A DNA stretch of 64,000 nucleotides from Lingula anatina (Eukaryota > Animalia > Brachiopoda): positions 4,464,001 to 4,528,000 of the forward strand of contig CM120649.1 of the NCBI GenBank assembly GCA_051362555.1. The letters run 5' to 3'. The position numbers and the translations under genes are program-made. The notes beneath the pieces were generated by a model that worked only from the letters and a program-made list of their open reading frames with translations, had not been told where the DNA came from and did no database searches. Numbering within the stretch: the first letter of the stretch is position 1; each line of letters opens with the position of its first letter. Shown one piece after another: positions 24,766 to 38,075 of this stretch.

Positions 24766-27451
24766 CGCATGCCTAAACAGCTAGGTAAGGGCGAGAAAGT
24801 GTTGGAATATCAACCAAAAAATGCAACCAAAGTAGGCCTCTCACACCAGTCACATATGTCATTTGCATCATCCAGCTAATACCAATGCTGCTGATATTCA
24901 GGGCGTCGGAGTTTAACCAAATGGAAACCCCTATAACGCGTTTGATAATATAGAATTACTTCCATTATATGACTAATGAAAAGCTATGCTTGTTTACTAC
25001 CTCTGTCTTGTCATACAGTTTGGTAAGCATGTGTTTCTACGAACCAAATCAAAACATATGTTTACTCTTACATTTGATAAACGGCAAAATCATTCTATGT
25101 GCGTGTCATTAATCAAATACAAAGATAGGGAATACCCCCCTTTATCACCGATCGACAATATTAAGACAGCTCAATCACCAATCACCAAGGTATATTCAAG
25201 ACAATCAATATTGGAAGATATATTCAAGATTTCCCGAATCACGTTTCACGCAGAATGTTTGGCTCAAATAACGCAACACGCTCGAAAAATAAGGCCAATC
25301 ACGCGGAACGCATAAGGTAATCCCTTCCCTCTGACAGGTGTGTACTTTGGCGTTCACATATTAACCATGAACAGTTTAAATGAAATAGCTATAAAGCTTG
25401 GGGATTAGATAAATCAAAAACACTTTAGGAATGGAATTAAAGTTAGCCCAAATCTGCTCGAGAATACATAATTGAGGGATAATGACAAATCGAAAATAAT
25501 TATGTGATAATCGTGGCACACGAGAACCCATCAAGTCTCGATCATTTGCAGGTTCTGTAAATACCCGCTGTATTTCGTGTAGCAGAAATACATATAATCC
25601 ATTTGTCTCAGAGATCCTACCTGCAGGACCGACGAGCGCCTATTAGCCCATCCAAAGACTGTCAATTACTTTCGAATCCATTCGCTTGATAGGCTGTAGC
25701 GATAAATGCATTATGAAATCCCTTGATTGAGTCTAAGATGTGAAAGATTTTCACTCAATGTTTCCCTTTACATTTGATTTCCAACATGACAGATATTTGA
25801 CACTACTATATTGTGATTGGATGGCTTCCCACGTGACAAGTTTTTCACATTGATATTATTTACAGTATATTATTTACCAGTAGGTAAAGATTCGTTTCAC
25901 TGCCTGACCTGACATCAACGAGGAAAAACGAGGTAAGCTTTATGTTAACTGAGACATATTTTGATCGGTGCAATTATGCAACTTGATGGTGATTTACTGC
26001 ACACGCCGATTGTTGGTAACTAAACAGTGAACTATTTCTCAGTGGTTCTGGTGGAGGGTAGTGCTTCCTCTCAAATATATTATATGTTAAGTTTGGCTGG
26101 GAACTCTATACGACCAAATACGGAGTAATACAAGATATGATCGCCTTCCATCATGACTTACATCTACCTCCTAGTGATTCTCTGCACCATAAGTACATGG
26201 GTGACAAAACAATTACTGAGATCCGTAGACAATTTGATGAAAGTAAATTAGGGATTTATCGTGAGAGAACATGAGTAGTAAAGGGGCACTTGAGCGCAAA
26301 CTGTGATGAAACCATAGCAACAGTCTAACCGCATAGCAGTGCAAATACAGTGTAAGTACTCATTTTATGCTAATCTATCCTGAGTGGTAATACAGGATGA
26401 AAGAGCTTCTTGGGGGTAAAACCGTACAGCGTATCAGCTCTTAGTAGTTGTCAAGGTCTCCAAATTTTTCAGTACTAATTTCGGGGTGCTGTAGGGGATA
26501 TGGTTTGTATTTGTTAACACTAGGATAAAGGCTACATACATCAATGGATCTTATTTTTTTCATCTCGAGTCATTTGGCAGAATAACTTGATAGCATTTTT
26601 TCGCCGTATAAAAAGCTTGTCGAGTCTTAGCGACAATTTGAATGGAATACAATAAAGAAAGAATTCGTACCAAAGCAAATAATAACAACACAGGTACAAG
26701 TATGGCTTGTTACGGGTCACAGTACCCTTAGGTGTCAGCAAAAACCTATAACATAATTTAAAATTTAACTATCGATTAACTTAACAAAATAAACAAACGA
26801 GAGTATAATTTAACAAAAATTAGCTTATCTCAAATTGTCCTTATCTTGTTACCGGTACTTGTCCTTAAAGTCTCTGACTCAATTAACTGTAACAGTTTCT
26901 CCAAGAGCATCCGAAGATAGTCCAACATGTACCAGTATACAGTATATTTAATGGAACAAGTCCCTAGAGTTGCTATGAGTCTGCTATCAGTCTGCCAGCA
27001 AATTAATTCAAAGTTTCTCTGTAGAAAAAGGCACTCTCTAATAAAGCCACATTATGTCTAGTTTATGTCCATCTTATATATATACATACAATGGTGGGTC
27101 CACATGACTGGAAAGTTCATAACACCTGCTAAGCCTTATGGGTATTGACAGCGACGTTGTCTTTGCCCCTAATGTGTTTAATAACAATAGGGCCTATCAT
27201 ACTCTTGTAACAACAAACTCCATTGGCAAATTCCGAAGCTTTATTTCTAAAACAGGTACCATAAGACTACATGTACATGAATTTTAAAAGCCATTCGGAT
27301 AAACCGTAGTTTAAGCCGTATTTAAAGTTTTAAGATTGCCGTACATGTAAGATGCTGTAAATTTTTTCACCACTTAGCTCTTCTGAATATCTTATTTTAT
27401 TCCAGGATAGAAGTGGTATAAAAGAGTACTGTATCTAACATCAACCAATCA

Positions 27452-30400
27452 ATGATGGGATTGTTGTTTTGCCCGAGCCTTGTTCTGACCTTGATGACAT
27501 GCGTCTTTCTCAGTCATACTCAGCTGACTCATACGTGTAAGTGTATAGAGACCAGGGCTCCGTATCTCGAAAGGTTCGCTATGTTGCGCACGTGCGCAAA
27601 TTAAGCGTCTCGATTCCATAACTCGCCCATACTCGTCCCATACAATACATTGTAGCCTCTATTTGATAGAGCGATTCGCAATACGCGGGGCCCAGCGTGA
27701 CATACATGTAAATGTAGAAAAGCAAGTTAGTAATTCCGAGATACAGTATCAATTTTCATTTTTTTTTTTTGTGAAAAAAAACGAGGGTCATCACCTTCGC
27801 CAAGGAGGTTATGTTTTCACCCCTGTTTGTTTGTTTGTTTGTCTGTCTGTCATCAACATAACTCAAAAAGTTATGGAGCGATTTTGATGACATTTTCAGG
27901 AACTGTAAGAAGTGGGCCAAGGAAGAGAGGAATAGTTTTTGGCGGTGATCCGGATCATTAATCAATCAATAAACAATAATAATAAAAAATCGCTGCCTTG
28001 GCGGAGGTCTGCGCTCTAGGAGTTCTTTTCTAGTTATACATGTATCTCATCTTACCGTGCGCCCGTGCGTTTTTTTATTTTCGTTGTTCTCCAAGATCGT
28101 TGAAGTGGAGACCAAAGGATCCCTGGTTGTGGGCTACGTAGGCGTGGACAGGGACATTGACTGCAGGAAGGCAAAGATATTTGAAAAACATATTTTGGGT
28201 TCATATAAAGTGCCTACATTTTATATCATTCCAGTCCACCAGAAGTCTACTTCTTTTTCTTCAGTCAACGTTTAGATGACTACTACATGAACCACCCCCA
28301 CTTACACGTCCTAACAATATAAATTTTCTACCAGGTGGATGTGTCGGTCTATGCGTTGGAAATACCTAGTTCGGCTTTGTTTCAAGGAGAATTAGGGTCC
28401 ATAAACAAATTTTCCGTTTTTGATCTCGATCGACGGCCTTTGTGATAAGGAATTCAAAATTAATTACTTAAACCGAGTATTTTATGGCGCGAACTTCTGT
28501 TCTCGAAGCATTGCATCGCGAACGCACCCCGTTCGTTTTCTCATTGAGCATGTCCTGTTTGTGTCTCAGAGGGCCGACAGGGGTATCACTGTGCGGTACG
28601 AATAGTATATACATTGAGATTCTAAAAACTGCATTAATTTGATCCGTTTTGAAACTTAACTGCTGAGACGAAAAAAAACCCCTTGAATTAGAGGTAGGCA
28701 ACGTTTCTGACCTGTAGTGTACATATAAAACCCAGTACATTGCTTGTTCTCAAAAATCCCATGCCTGGGTTTATGGATCTTTTCAATTCTGAATCATTCC
28801 CATCTCCCTGCGGAGAAGTAGCTCTCGGAATTAGCATTCACAATAACCAGCACTACCGTATGACCAGGTTTTATTCGTATGTTAATCTTAACATGCTGAG
28901 TGCTAAGCGAGGAAAAAAACAGACACTATTATAATGGTCTTTGATATGACAAGAGCACGGACATAAAACACATCGCCTCCTGCACCAGAACGGAGCACTT
29001 GCGTAGACGTCTTTTAAATCATTAAGACATGGTCGAGGCGTACAAGACGTGATAGTGTGAAAACGAAACGATATGCATGACCTACCTATTCAAAGTATTT
29101 GGATTTCAAAAGTTTCATCTATCTTCGCGTGGAATGGCATGCCTACCATTAAAATTCCATTGCAACATCTGCTTTCAGACGAGCCTGACAGTTGCTCTAA
29201 TGGTGGGTCTCGGTTAGAAGACGTTAATGATCCGTCTGGCTTCCAGTGCCTTTGTCGCCCTGATTTTTTCGGAGAAAGATGCGAATTTAGTAAGCAATAC
29301 CCTTGTGACACTCATTATCGACTTTTGTGGATAACAGAAAATAGTTATATGTACAGCAAAATGTTAGAAAGCATGCTTACTACTGCAACAATTGATACCA
29401 ATTGATATGCTTCATTTTACACAAATTATCCATTAGCAATGTGTCTTCTTCTATATGTAAGAGTTATATTTCTGTATTGCTTATAATTTTTAGTACGTTT
29501 GATGGCCCTGAGTGGTCCAGTGTTAGCAAACTATTGGCAACATCTAGTTTTTTATTTTGAAGAGTAACAAAAATGGCTGGGCAAAAGTACACAAAAAATG
29601 TCAGGTGAGAATTCTGTACAAAATACATTCCTTAGATATCAGTTACCTTGTTATAATTTGATTATAATAATTGAAATATCTCGATTGAAAGAGCATGCGA
29701 AGCATTTTAAAAGCCTTGCAATTTCTCATTTAGTTCTATGTGGCTTCAATTACTGCAAGAATGGTGCAGCGTGTGGATTTAATCCTCAAAATTGGCTAAC
29801 GAAATGCATTTGTTCCAAGGGATATTATGGGGCAGCATGCGAGAAAGGTAAGCCGTATCTTTCAAGTACTGCATACACTGTCTATCTGAGTACTGACAGA
29901 TAACAGCTAACATCTCCAAGATGTAAAACATGCAGAAAAAGGAAATTACCTATAGGTTGATATCACCTCCTGTGGCTCTCTAGATCTCTGTTTATAAACC
30001 ATAACACAACTACCCGGTATCATATTCAAGTGATGAGGTGAACCTTTTATGAACAAGTCAGTTGATAACGCCCGTTAAGATGGTTTGAAATTTTTGAGTA
30101 TTCTGTCTCGGAGTGCCAACATACATACTTTTATTTGTTTTCCCCGCTCTTTTGTGACAAAAGTCAGAGATCACGTTTTCCCGCCCGCCTGTGAGCCGGT
30201 GCGTCGGTGCGTTGGTAATTTCTGCTATCTTTTTGTAGACTATTAGGGTTGGGTAGTTGAGACTTTGGAAGTGATAAACCTGTCATCAAAGATGTGCATG
30301 AGCATTTCGGAATTTTAGCTAAACAGGTTGGGCTGCTACTCTATCTATGTCCAATTTTAAATTTCCCTTGCTCTTATGGTCTAGGATCAGTTAGCAAAAG

Positions 30401-31823
30401 TTACAGCGTGAAAATTAAGAATGAACCTTCCCCCAATGTAACTTCTATAATTTTTTACTTGGCTATTAGAAAGAGGGAGATTAAACTTAGGGAAACTATC
30501 ATCAGGGATGTGCATGGGGGCTTTGGAATTTAAGTATGCCTCTGGATACAACTGTCCCCGGGGATGGGTGTTTATGGTTTTTTCTTTTAATTTTCTAAGT
30601 TGAAAGTTGAGCTATTTTCTCCTAGACCTATATAGCGAGGAAGTTAAAACTTATGGGATTGAATGCGTCAGATAATTTGCTTAATGTCAGAAGACAGTTG
30701 TAGCCAATTCACCAGGATATTTGTAGTGATTGAGAAGAAAAGAGGAGTGAAAAAAAAAAAAAAAAAAAAGATGGGTTGGTTGAAGAGTCCAGTCCTTATT
30801 TATTATCTTTAGGGCTAGAGATAATTTTTAATAACAGGTTTGTTTATAAATAATGACTTTAGCAATTTGAAGTCAGATAATGCCTATATCAATGATATAT
30901 AATTAATTTTTTTTAAAAAAGGGGTACATGTATTCCATTAAGATATGTACTAATTTATAAAAGCATTATATAAAAGTTTATAAAAGCATGTTCATTTGAG
31001 TTTGTTATTCTGCGTTATTTAACATTTGATATGGAAATATGTGAAAGTACTCAAAACGTCAAAAGTAACAAGGAGCTCTTAAAGATCATTATTTCTATCA
31101 TAATTACCATCAAATTCATCTTCTCATTTTTATCACAAATTAAAACACAGAATAAATTTGCACAAATGTTTATCGGCTTGGTAGTTGGATCATAAATGAA
31201 AATTATCAAACACAAGCCGTGAAAACTTTCATACCGTTAGCTGACCATTGTGGGACTATATGTGAGATCAACTGCAATGACTGCAATTCTTTTTTACATT
31301 GGTGAGAGAGGTAGACAATATAAGACCAGGGTTAGTGAACACTGACAACCAGTGACTGTATATAGACAATACCAACTCTGCCATTTCTAAACATGTAATA
31401 GACACTGGCCACAGTACTGATTGGAATTCAACAAAGGTCCTTGAATCCAAGTCATCTGATATCCCATGTAAGATACGAGAGGCTATCAATATCAGCCTTC
31501 ACCATCCACCAATGAATAGGGTCGTGGAGGTCGATCTACCTGACATTTATTAGAGGGTCCTGGCCGCTATACCACCTATTGGACACTGAGTATCAATATC
31601 TACTCACGTCATTCTGACGAAGGCCTACGTCCAGGTTGGCCCAAAACTAACGGTATGCAAGTTTTCTCGGCTTGTGTTTGATCATTGCCATTTATGACTG
31701 AATAGATTTATTTATATATTACTGAAAGCACCAAAATGTGGTCTTATAAGAAACGGGGTCAAGATGTTCATAAAATACATTTCTTTTTTTTCAGAATTGA
31801 AGAAATTAACAACCAGAAAATGA
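27452..31823 (+). CDS. Small secreted protein with two EGF-like domains (~112 aa, 4 coding exons)
   Basis: Exon 27452-27536 encodes signal peptide MMGLLFCPSLVLTLMTCVFLSHTQLTHT. Phase 1-1 EGF exons are 29179-29289 (CSNGG..FQCLCRPDFFGERCE) and 29734-29847 (CGFNYCKNGAAC..CICSKGYYGAACE). Terminal exon 31795-31823 is followed by aataaa. All junctions are gt/ag and in frame. Confidence 0.78.
27556..27692. mobile_element. PIF/Harbinger-like MITE with 3-bp CWG TSD (family also at ~23443-23531, ~45725-45810, ~60539-60669)
   Basis: TIR gg(c/t)ccgtatctcgaaa...; flanked by cag/cag here and ctg/ctg at the 60.5 kb copy; shared internal gtctcgattccataactcgccc and tgtagcctctat. Confidence 0.7.
27791..28035 (+). 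mobile_element. Helentron-associated (HINE/DINE-1-like) non-autonomous element
   Basis: 5' acc(t/c)cgccaaggaggttatgtttt, (gttt/gtct)n microsatellite, subterminal inverted ccttggcggaggt, and 3' stem-loop ending ctagtt. Confidence 0.78.
28860..28995 (-). mobile_element. Degraded tRNA-derived SINE fragment (Meta-core-like)
   Basis: Reverse strand reads gtcatatcaaagacc...cctcgcttagcactcagcatgttaag, resembling the conserved central domain of Meta-SINEs from memory. Confidence 0.4.
31191..31696 (+). mobile_element. Penelope-like element 3' fragment (GIY-YIG endonuclease C-terminus, inverted terminal segment, hammerhead-like core)
   Basis: Translation SAISKHVIDTGHSTDWNSTKVLE...KIREAINI..HHPPMNR..DLPDIY matches the PLE endonuclease C-terminus. 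31191-31240 is the inverted complement of 31647-31696. ctgacga core at 31614. Confidence 0.82.
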
Positions 31824-32596
31824 AATAAAAAATAGCAAGAGAGGATAGACAGTTATAAGATTAATTTCAAAACCAAATATATAATCAATATTCATTTGGA
31901 TAATCATTGAAAATTATATCTGAATTAAGTATATCAATTGAAAATAAAATATTGTGGGCATTGCATTTGGTTCTTTTTAGTGCACCACAGTATTCACTTC
32001 TCACTGATTTTGCTATTTATGATTCCAAAAATATAAACCTTGTCGTATTTAGTACCAACAGAAATGGACATTGGCAACACGCTACGGTTAATGGATTATT
32101 AAGAGTGAGAGAGGGAGGGAGAAAAAACTGACAGCTAGATCGCTGCCACGGAAAGAAGGATATCGTAGATTTGATTTAACTGAGCAAAACAATAATAATA
32201 TCATAATGTTGTTATAGACATCCATGAACTCCGGTTGAATGATTTTGGCTATCTCTCACTATATTGCCCTCATCCAGCAGTTTAGGTGGCGCACACACTA
32301 ACACACACGAGAGAGAGAAAGAGTGAAAGCGAGAGACTGAATTTCATCAGAAATCTTTATCGTTAGATCTGGGTCAATTCACCGGGTAACATTATAATAA
32401 ACAAGACAAACAAAAAGTTGGCCAGAGTTTCCTTTACCGCTTTACATCAATACAAGTGTTTGCCAAGCTACTGGAGTGTTGCTGGAAGTCCAGGCCTGTA
32501 TGAACATTTTCTAGCTCAAATATAAAAGCACGGGCTTTATGCTGATCGAAAGAAGCCAATGAAGACCCACAAACGGCGTGTGGCAGTAAATATTCA

Positions 32597-32997
32597 AACT
32601 AGAAAAGCACTCTAAGAGCGCAGACCTCCGCCAAAGCAACAAAGTGTCCATCCAATGCCACTTCAGATTTTCGATATTTTTGATTATTGATTAATTATTG
32701 ATCCGGATCGCCACCAAGAACTAATCATTTGTCCCGTGGCCCACTTCTGACAGTTCCTGAAAATAACATCAAAATCGGTCCATAACTTAATTTTTTATTT
32801 TTGATTATTGATAATTGATAGATTATTTATCCGAATCACACCAAAAACTAATAATCTATTCCTTGGCCCACTTCTGACAGTTCCTGAAAATATTATCAAA
32901 ATCGGTCCATAACTTTTTGAGTTATGTTGATGACAGGCAGACAAACAAACAAACAAGCAAACAGGGGTAGATAACATAACCTCCTTGGCAGTGGTAA
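32597..32997 (-). mobile_element. HINE/Helentron-associated element (same family as 27791-28035)
   Basis: Reverse-strand copy with aactag...agacctccgccaa at the left end, an internal tandem unit, (aaac)n, and aacataacctccttggc at the right end. Confidence 0.8.
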
Positions 32998-33621
32998 TAA
33001 GCACTATCGTGATTGGATGACTTCTCGTGTGCCACCACACGTGCCTTATAAAGTTATATGAACTGTGTGACTTCATTCTTATCTTTGCTCCCATTGACAC
33101 AATGAGGCGTCGATACGGCTCTAGAGGGATGCCAGTCACAGTCATACAAAATTATACCTCATAAGATAAAAGTAGTCTCGTGACAGTTTAATGCGTCATT
33201 CTCATGTGAGCTTCCTTCTAAAAGAAGTCGCACCCAAACCGTTTAGATTCTGAATGGACACCACTGAAGATAAAAGATCCACGAGCAGAGATGTTTAAAG
33301 AGGGAATTTGAAGAATAATGTTTGAAGGCAAAAAATGAAAGCTCTTTACCATTCGTACCATTACCATACATAGGACTCTAATGGTAAGGGACAAACTTAA
33401 TAATAAATGCACAATGTATAGGCAGTTTATCTAAGGATGCCACTGTTATGTTATGCCATGTTATGCCTCTTTAAGACGCCCTATTCTACCCTTAAATATT
33501 CTCCAGCTAAAATGTCAGTCAAGGCATTCTTTCGATATAGTGAATTTGTTACCTTTGCACCAAAACGTTTCAGAAGCAAAAAATACATGGCATCCAGACG
33601 GCTTATTAAATGTATAGGATC

Positions 33622-33764
33622 AAACGACAGCGTTTTTATTTCATATCTTCAATATAAGTATACACGAGTCGATAACTTAATATCATTTTGTATCATTTTG
33701 TTTATATTTTAATCGATCGTTGTATAGTTATATTGAAGATATGAAAGAAAAAACGCTGTCGTTT
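33622..33764. mobile_element. ~140-bp palindromic MITE-like hairpin
   Basis: aaacgacagcgttttt.tttcatatcttcaatataa pairs with ttatattgaagatatgaaagaaaaaacgctgtcgttt. Confidence 0.65.
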
Positions 33765-34562
33765 TATACATGTGTGTGTGTGTGTGGGGGGGGGGGTGGT
33801 GATTCTGTATTTCTTTGACTATCGATGCAAAAATGGTCACGTTCGTTGCTTTACAATGGCAGTCGCTTATCTATATTTATTAAATTTTCGTTCTTTAATT
33901 ATAGCTCAAGTCCTAGAGTCGAGCTGTTATTGAATAAAATACAAGCCTGCCATAGATGTCAAAGATAATGTTCAACCTGTCCGTCATCTTGGGGGCTTCA
34001 TGTGACTACATACTGATATCTCTGGTAAATAAACAATGTACAGATAGTATGGAGATACGTGATTACTGACACACAGTTCGCGTGAGGACAACAATATTAT
34101 AAGTAGTATTATCCCTACAAAAAAAGAATATTCAATCTAAATGCACGGTGAGGTCAGTGAATTGATCGTGTAATGAAGTTTTACAAATTAGTTAATACCA
34201 TATATCCGTAAGAATCAATATGGGGTGACAAGGTTTAAAGAAAGAATGTTTTTTTCGAATGGTTAGAAAGCCTTTATGTGGCTCTCATTGCCACAATTAT
34301 TGTTAAGGCGTCAACAAGGCTGTAGCGGGGTGCCTGTCACTAGCAGAGAAAGTTATACGTCATGAGACAAGAGTCGTCTCGTGACAGTTTAGTGTGTCAT
34401 TTTGAGGTAACCTTCCTTCTAGAAAAGTCGCACAGAAACCAAGTAGCTAGATTGAGAATCAACGCTATTGAAGAAAAAATGTCACTTCAGTTAAATGGGA
34501 GAAATATGTGTCTAATCTGCTTATCTGTGAATATTTCCTCATAGGATGAGTCATATTTTCAG

Positions 34563-36926
34563 GGTCCGTTCTGGAGACGTGCTCTATACCACAGCAACCG
34601 GCGTGCTTTGTGGGACACAAAGAAGATGTTAACAAGATTACAGACATGTTTCTTCAGGACATGCGTCGCCTAGCCGTAATACAAACTTTTGGAGGCCAAG
34701 GTAAGACCACTTTGGCAACTGTAATAGGGCACACCTTTGTGTCAAAGTGGGGAATACGTTCAATCATGGCTGACATGAAGAATGTTTCATTTGCAGATGA
34801 TATCCCCTTGTCCCTTCTTCATGCTTTACAATCATCAGCAGGTTTAAGCAGTGGTGCCACCAACGTTGATCGTCTAATAACCAAGGCCTGTCAAGAGATA
34901 TCGTCGTACGGCAAAAAGATACTCATCATACTAGACAACTGTGAGAGTGCTCTTGAGGACAATACACAACGCCCTACCATTCTACAGCGGTTGCATGCTG
35001 CAGCGATATACTAACTGTAACAACGCCTACATTTTATGTACAACTCGCCCAATAATTCAGTTACCAAACACAGAGGTACATACTCACGATCTTGACTCTC
35101 TGACAGCGGATCAATCGTTCGACGTGTTGTGTTGCAGTCGTATTCACAAAATCTGTGTCGTGAAGACGGCAAACGCTTGGGTGCAAAATGTGGCTTTGTT
35201 GCACTTCTGCTTCATATTCTTGGTTCCTTACTGCGCCAAGGTCAGAGAACAATTGATATAATCGAAGAGCTGGACTCAAAAACGGTTTTTGGCCTACAAC
35301 TTTAACCCTTAACTCCCGAACACCTAAACGCTGGAGTTTGTATTAACCTGTCTTATAAGCAATTGGGCATGGAATTGCAAGAATCTGTTCAGATACTACC
35401 ACTTTTTCCAACAAGCTTTAATGCAGATGATGCATTCAAACTCTTGACCAAGCATCAAGTTAGTCTTTCTATGTTTGATTGCAGAACTTGTCTACGAACC
35501 CTTTGTGACGCTTCGTTTCTGGGGTATGATGCAGCCAGCGGGACGTATACTATGCATAGTGTTATTCAGGCATTTGCTCAAAATGAGGCTTCCGAAGAAA
35601 ATATGGATCATTTCAAACAGATATTCATGATATGTATGGAGCACAGAATAAATAGGATGTACGCCTTTGCTGAAACAGAAAATGTCCGCGGTGCAACAAA
35701 ACTGTTTGAAAAAGACAAAGATATTTAACTGACCTGTATTGATATTTTTAAGTCAATGCGACCAGTCTCAAAGGAAAGCACATGCAGCATTGCAAAAAAA
35801 GTATGATAGGCAGGTTGGTTGATTCTCTCAGATGTTTCAAACTAGCACTAGACACCACTATAGAGCATGGAAAACAAAGTGATTTTGACCTGGCATTCTT
35901 GTATTGTAATATAGGTTATTTGCAGGCCGAACTTAGAGATTTACCCGCTTCCGTTGAGTGTCTGTCTAAAGCAAAAGACATGTATGAGAAACAAGATGGG
36001 CGCTGCAAATATAAAGATTATTGTAAATGCTGTTATTATTTGGTATTAATGTTGCAAGAATCAAAAGAAAATTATCCCCGCTGCCTCGATATCCTGAACA
36101 ACTCTTTTGACAAGGCCTTTGCTTATCACGATTTAAGCATGAAATATCTTGCACAGGCCGGAATTTCAGGAATCAAAGTCAGACAAGGAGAGAAGGAAGC
36201 CGTTATGTCCACCTTGCATGACATACTTAATGCAAAACCCTCAATAGATGGTAAGGAAGACGGAGTGGGTATGCCTGCTTTGAACGGGGCAGCCGTAGCT
36301 TTGAGTTTCATTGGGAAAAAAGAGGAATCTTTGTCATTACATAAACGGGCAGTTGCTCTTGCATACGACCGCTATGGTGAACATCCTGACTCTACTATTG
36401 CCCTCAGCAGACACATTACATGAATTAGCTCGTGCCATATCTGCACAGGGAAACCACGCAGAGGCTCTTGGTGCATTCCAGAGAGCTCTTCGTATAATGA
36501 AGCAAGTGCTAGGTGAAAGTCAAAGTACAGCCACTACACTGCATTGCATGGGTCAGAAAATGATAGAGATGGGCAATGCAGACGGTGCTGTGGACGTCCT
36601 CAGAAGAGCTCTGGCTATGAAGGAAAAAATACTGGGAGAATATCACGAACAGACAGCAGCCACAATACATGAATTAGTTCGTGCCATATCTGCACAGGGA
36701 CATCATGCAGATGCCCTCGGTACATACCAGAGAGCTCTTAATTCGTATGCAGGAGCAAGTGCTGGGTGAATGTCTCAGCACAGCCGAGACAATTCACTGC
36801 ATAGGTCAAGAATTGACAATGATAAATAAAAAAGACGAAGCCATGATTGCTTTCGTTAGGGCGATAGTTATGGGGATGAAAACCACTGGAATAATACCTC
36901 ACTCAGGCAGCAGTGACAAAACATGA
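34563..36926 (+). pseudogene. STAND-class (NB-ARC/NACHT-like) P-loop NTPase + TPR-repeat pseudogene (NPHP3-like architecture)
   Basis: Motifs FVG, Walker A GGQGKTTLA, Walker B ILIILDNCE, winged-helix YTMHSVIQ, then TPR_12-type repeats (ALGAFQRALRIMKQVLGESQSTATTLHCMG). Split over at least 6 overlapping ORFs by frameshifts; splice acceptor at 34562. Confidence 0.85.
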
Positions 36927-37835
36927 GCTCCACAGCAATTATAAGAAAGCAATTGTAACTGCTGTGTACGTTTCAGGACAGCTACAAGTGGTACACTACG
37001 AAAGGGCCATACTAGATAACATTTTATAATAAGTGACTAACTACAGTACGTTACTACATGCGAGACTATATGAGAAAGAGCTAGAATCCCTGTGAATCTG
37101 GGTTAACTTATAAGTGAAACTGTAAGCTGGGAATATATCTTTATTAAATAATACCCAAGTAATTGACTTGAGAAAAGTAACCAGTATTTTTATCGCAACT
37201 TTTATTCGTTGTTGTAAAGCACTCGCTAGTTTGCCATTATTTTTAACCTTATAATCTCCTCTAAATTCCACGAAATCTTGCATGATATTTTGTGAATTGA
37301 TTGGCGAGACTGCAAGTTATTCTGCATAATACCCGTTGAGAATGAAGCAAACTGATTTTAGTGTAGCCATTGCGCACCACGTACAATGGTATCGGCCATA
37401 GCTGTCACGCCTGGCACATGTACAAGCACGTGTATTGCGTTTATATCTTAGGATGTTTTTCGATAAGCAATTAAATATAAAACATTTCGAATATCTTTTT
37501 CCTGTAAAATATATTATTTTTATTTTAATTAACATCTTAAATAAAGTAAAGATTGAGCAAATAAGTCTAAATTAAATCTGTTTACGTTTTATTGTGGACT
37601 AATGGCATTCAAATGCAGATTCACTGCGGAGCAGTTCCTTTAAATGGCAGATATTCAAAATTGCTGCTATTCTTCAGGGGCACTGTAAAGCTAATAAACA
37701 CATAAAAAGATATAGTGTGCAAGCTACCTTTATAGTGCCCTGAAACACAGGGTATAATGCCGTGAAAATGAGCAGTAACAAAAATTTTAGTTATCAAACC
37801 AGGCTGCTGTATTATACTTCGCTTTGGCTAAAGTA

Positions 37836-38075
37836 CATGTAGAAGGCTGCTCCAGTAACGAACGCATGCTACATCAAAATTCCTGCAGTCAGAATAGAAA
37901 TGCGGTAATGTATTACTGCGGTGAAGCAGTATACCTCATTTCTTCTGAGATGTTGTAAAGCTTGCATGGTAACAGAAGAATGCTACTGCTGAAATCAGAA
38001 CAGATTTGAGGTATGGTCTCAGTGTGTTCGCAGTAGGTCTACTGTGCCGGACTACCTACTGCGTTTTCGTGCGGG
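37836..38075 (+). mobile_element. Right part of a CCC...GGG-terminated (EnSpm-like) non-autonomous element
   Basis: Ends ctactgcgttttcgtgcggg like 46983; its internal part matches 9245-9362. Confidence 0.55.

Noticed and set aside
28096-28170. Exon-like stretch IVEVETKGSLVVGYVGVDRDIDCRK inside the EGF gene
   Set aside because: It is open only in phase 0, while the flanking introns are phase 1, and it has no GT donor; left out of the model.
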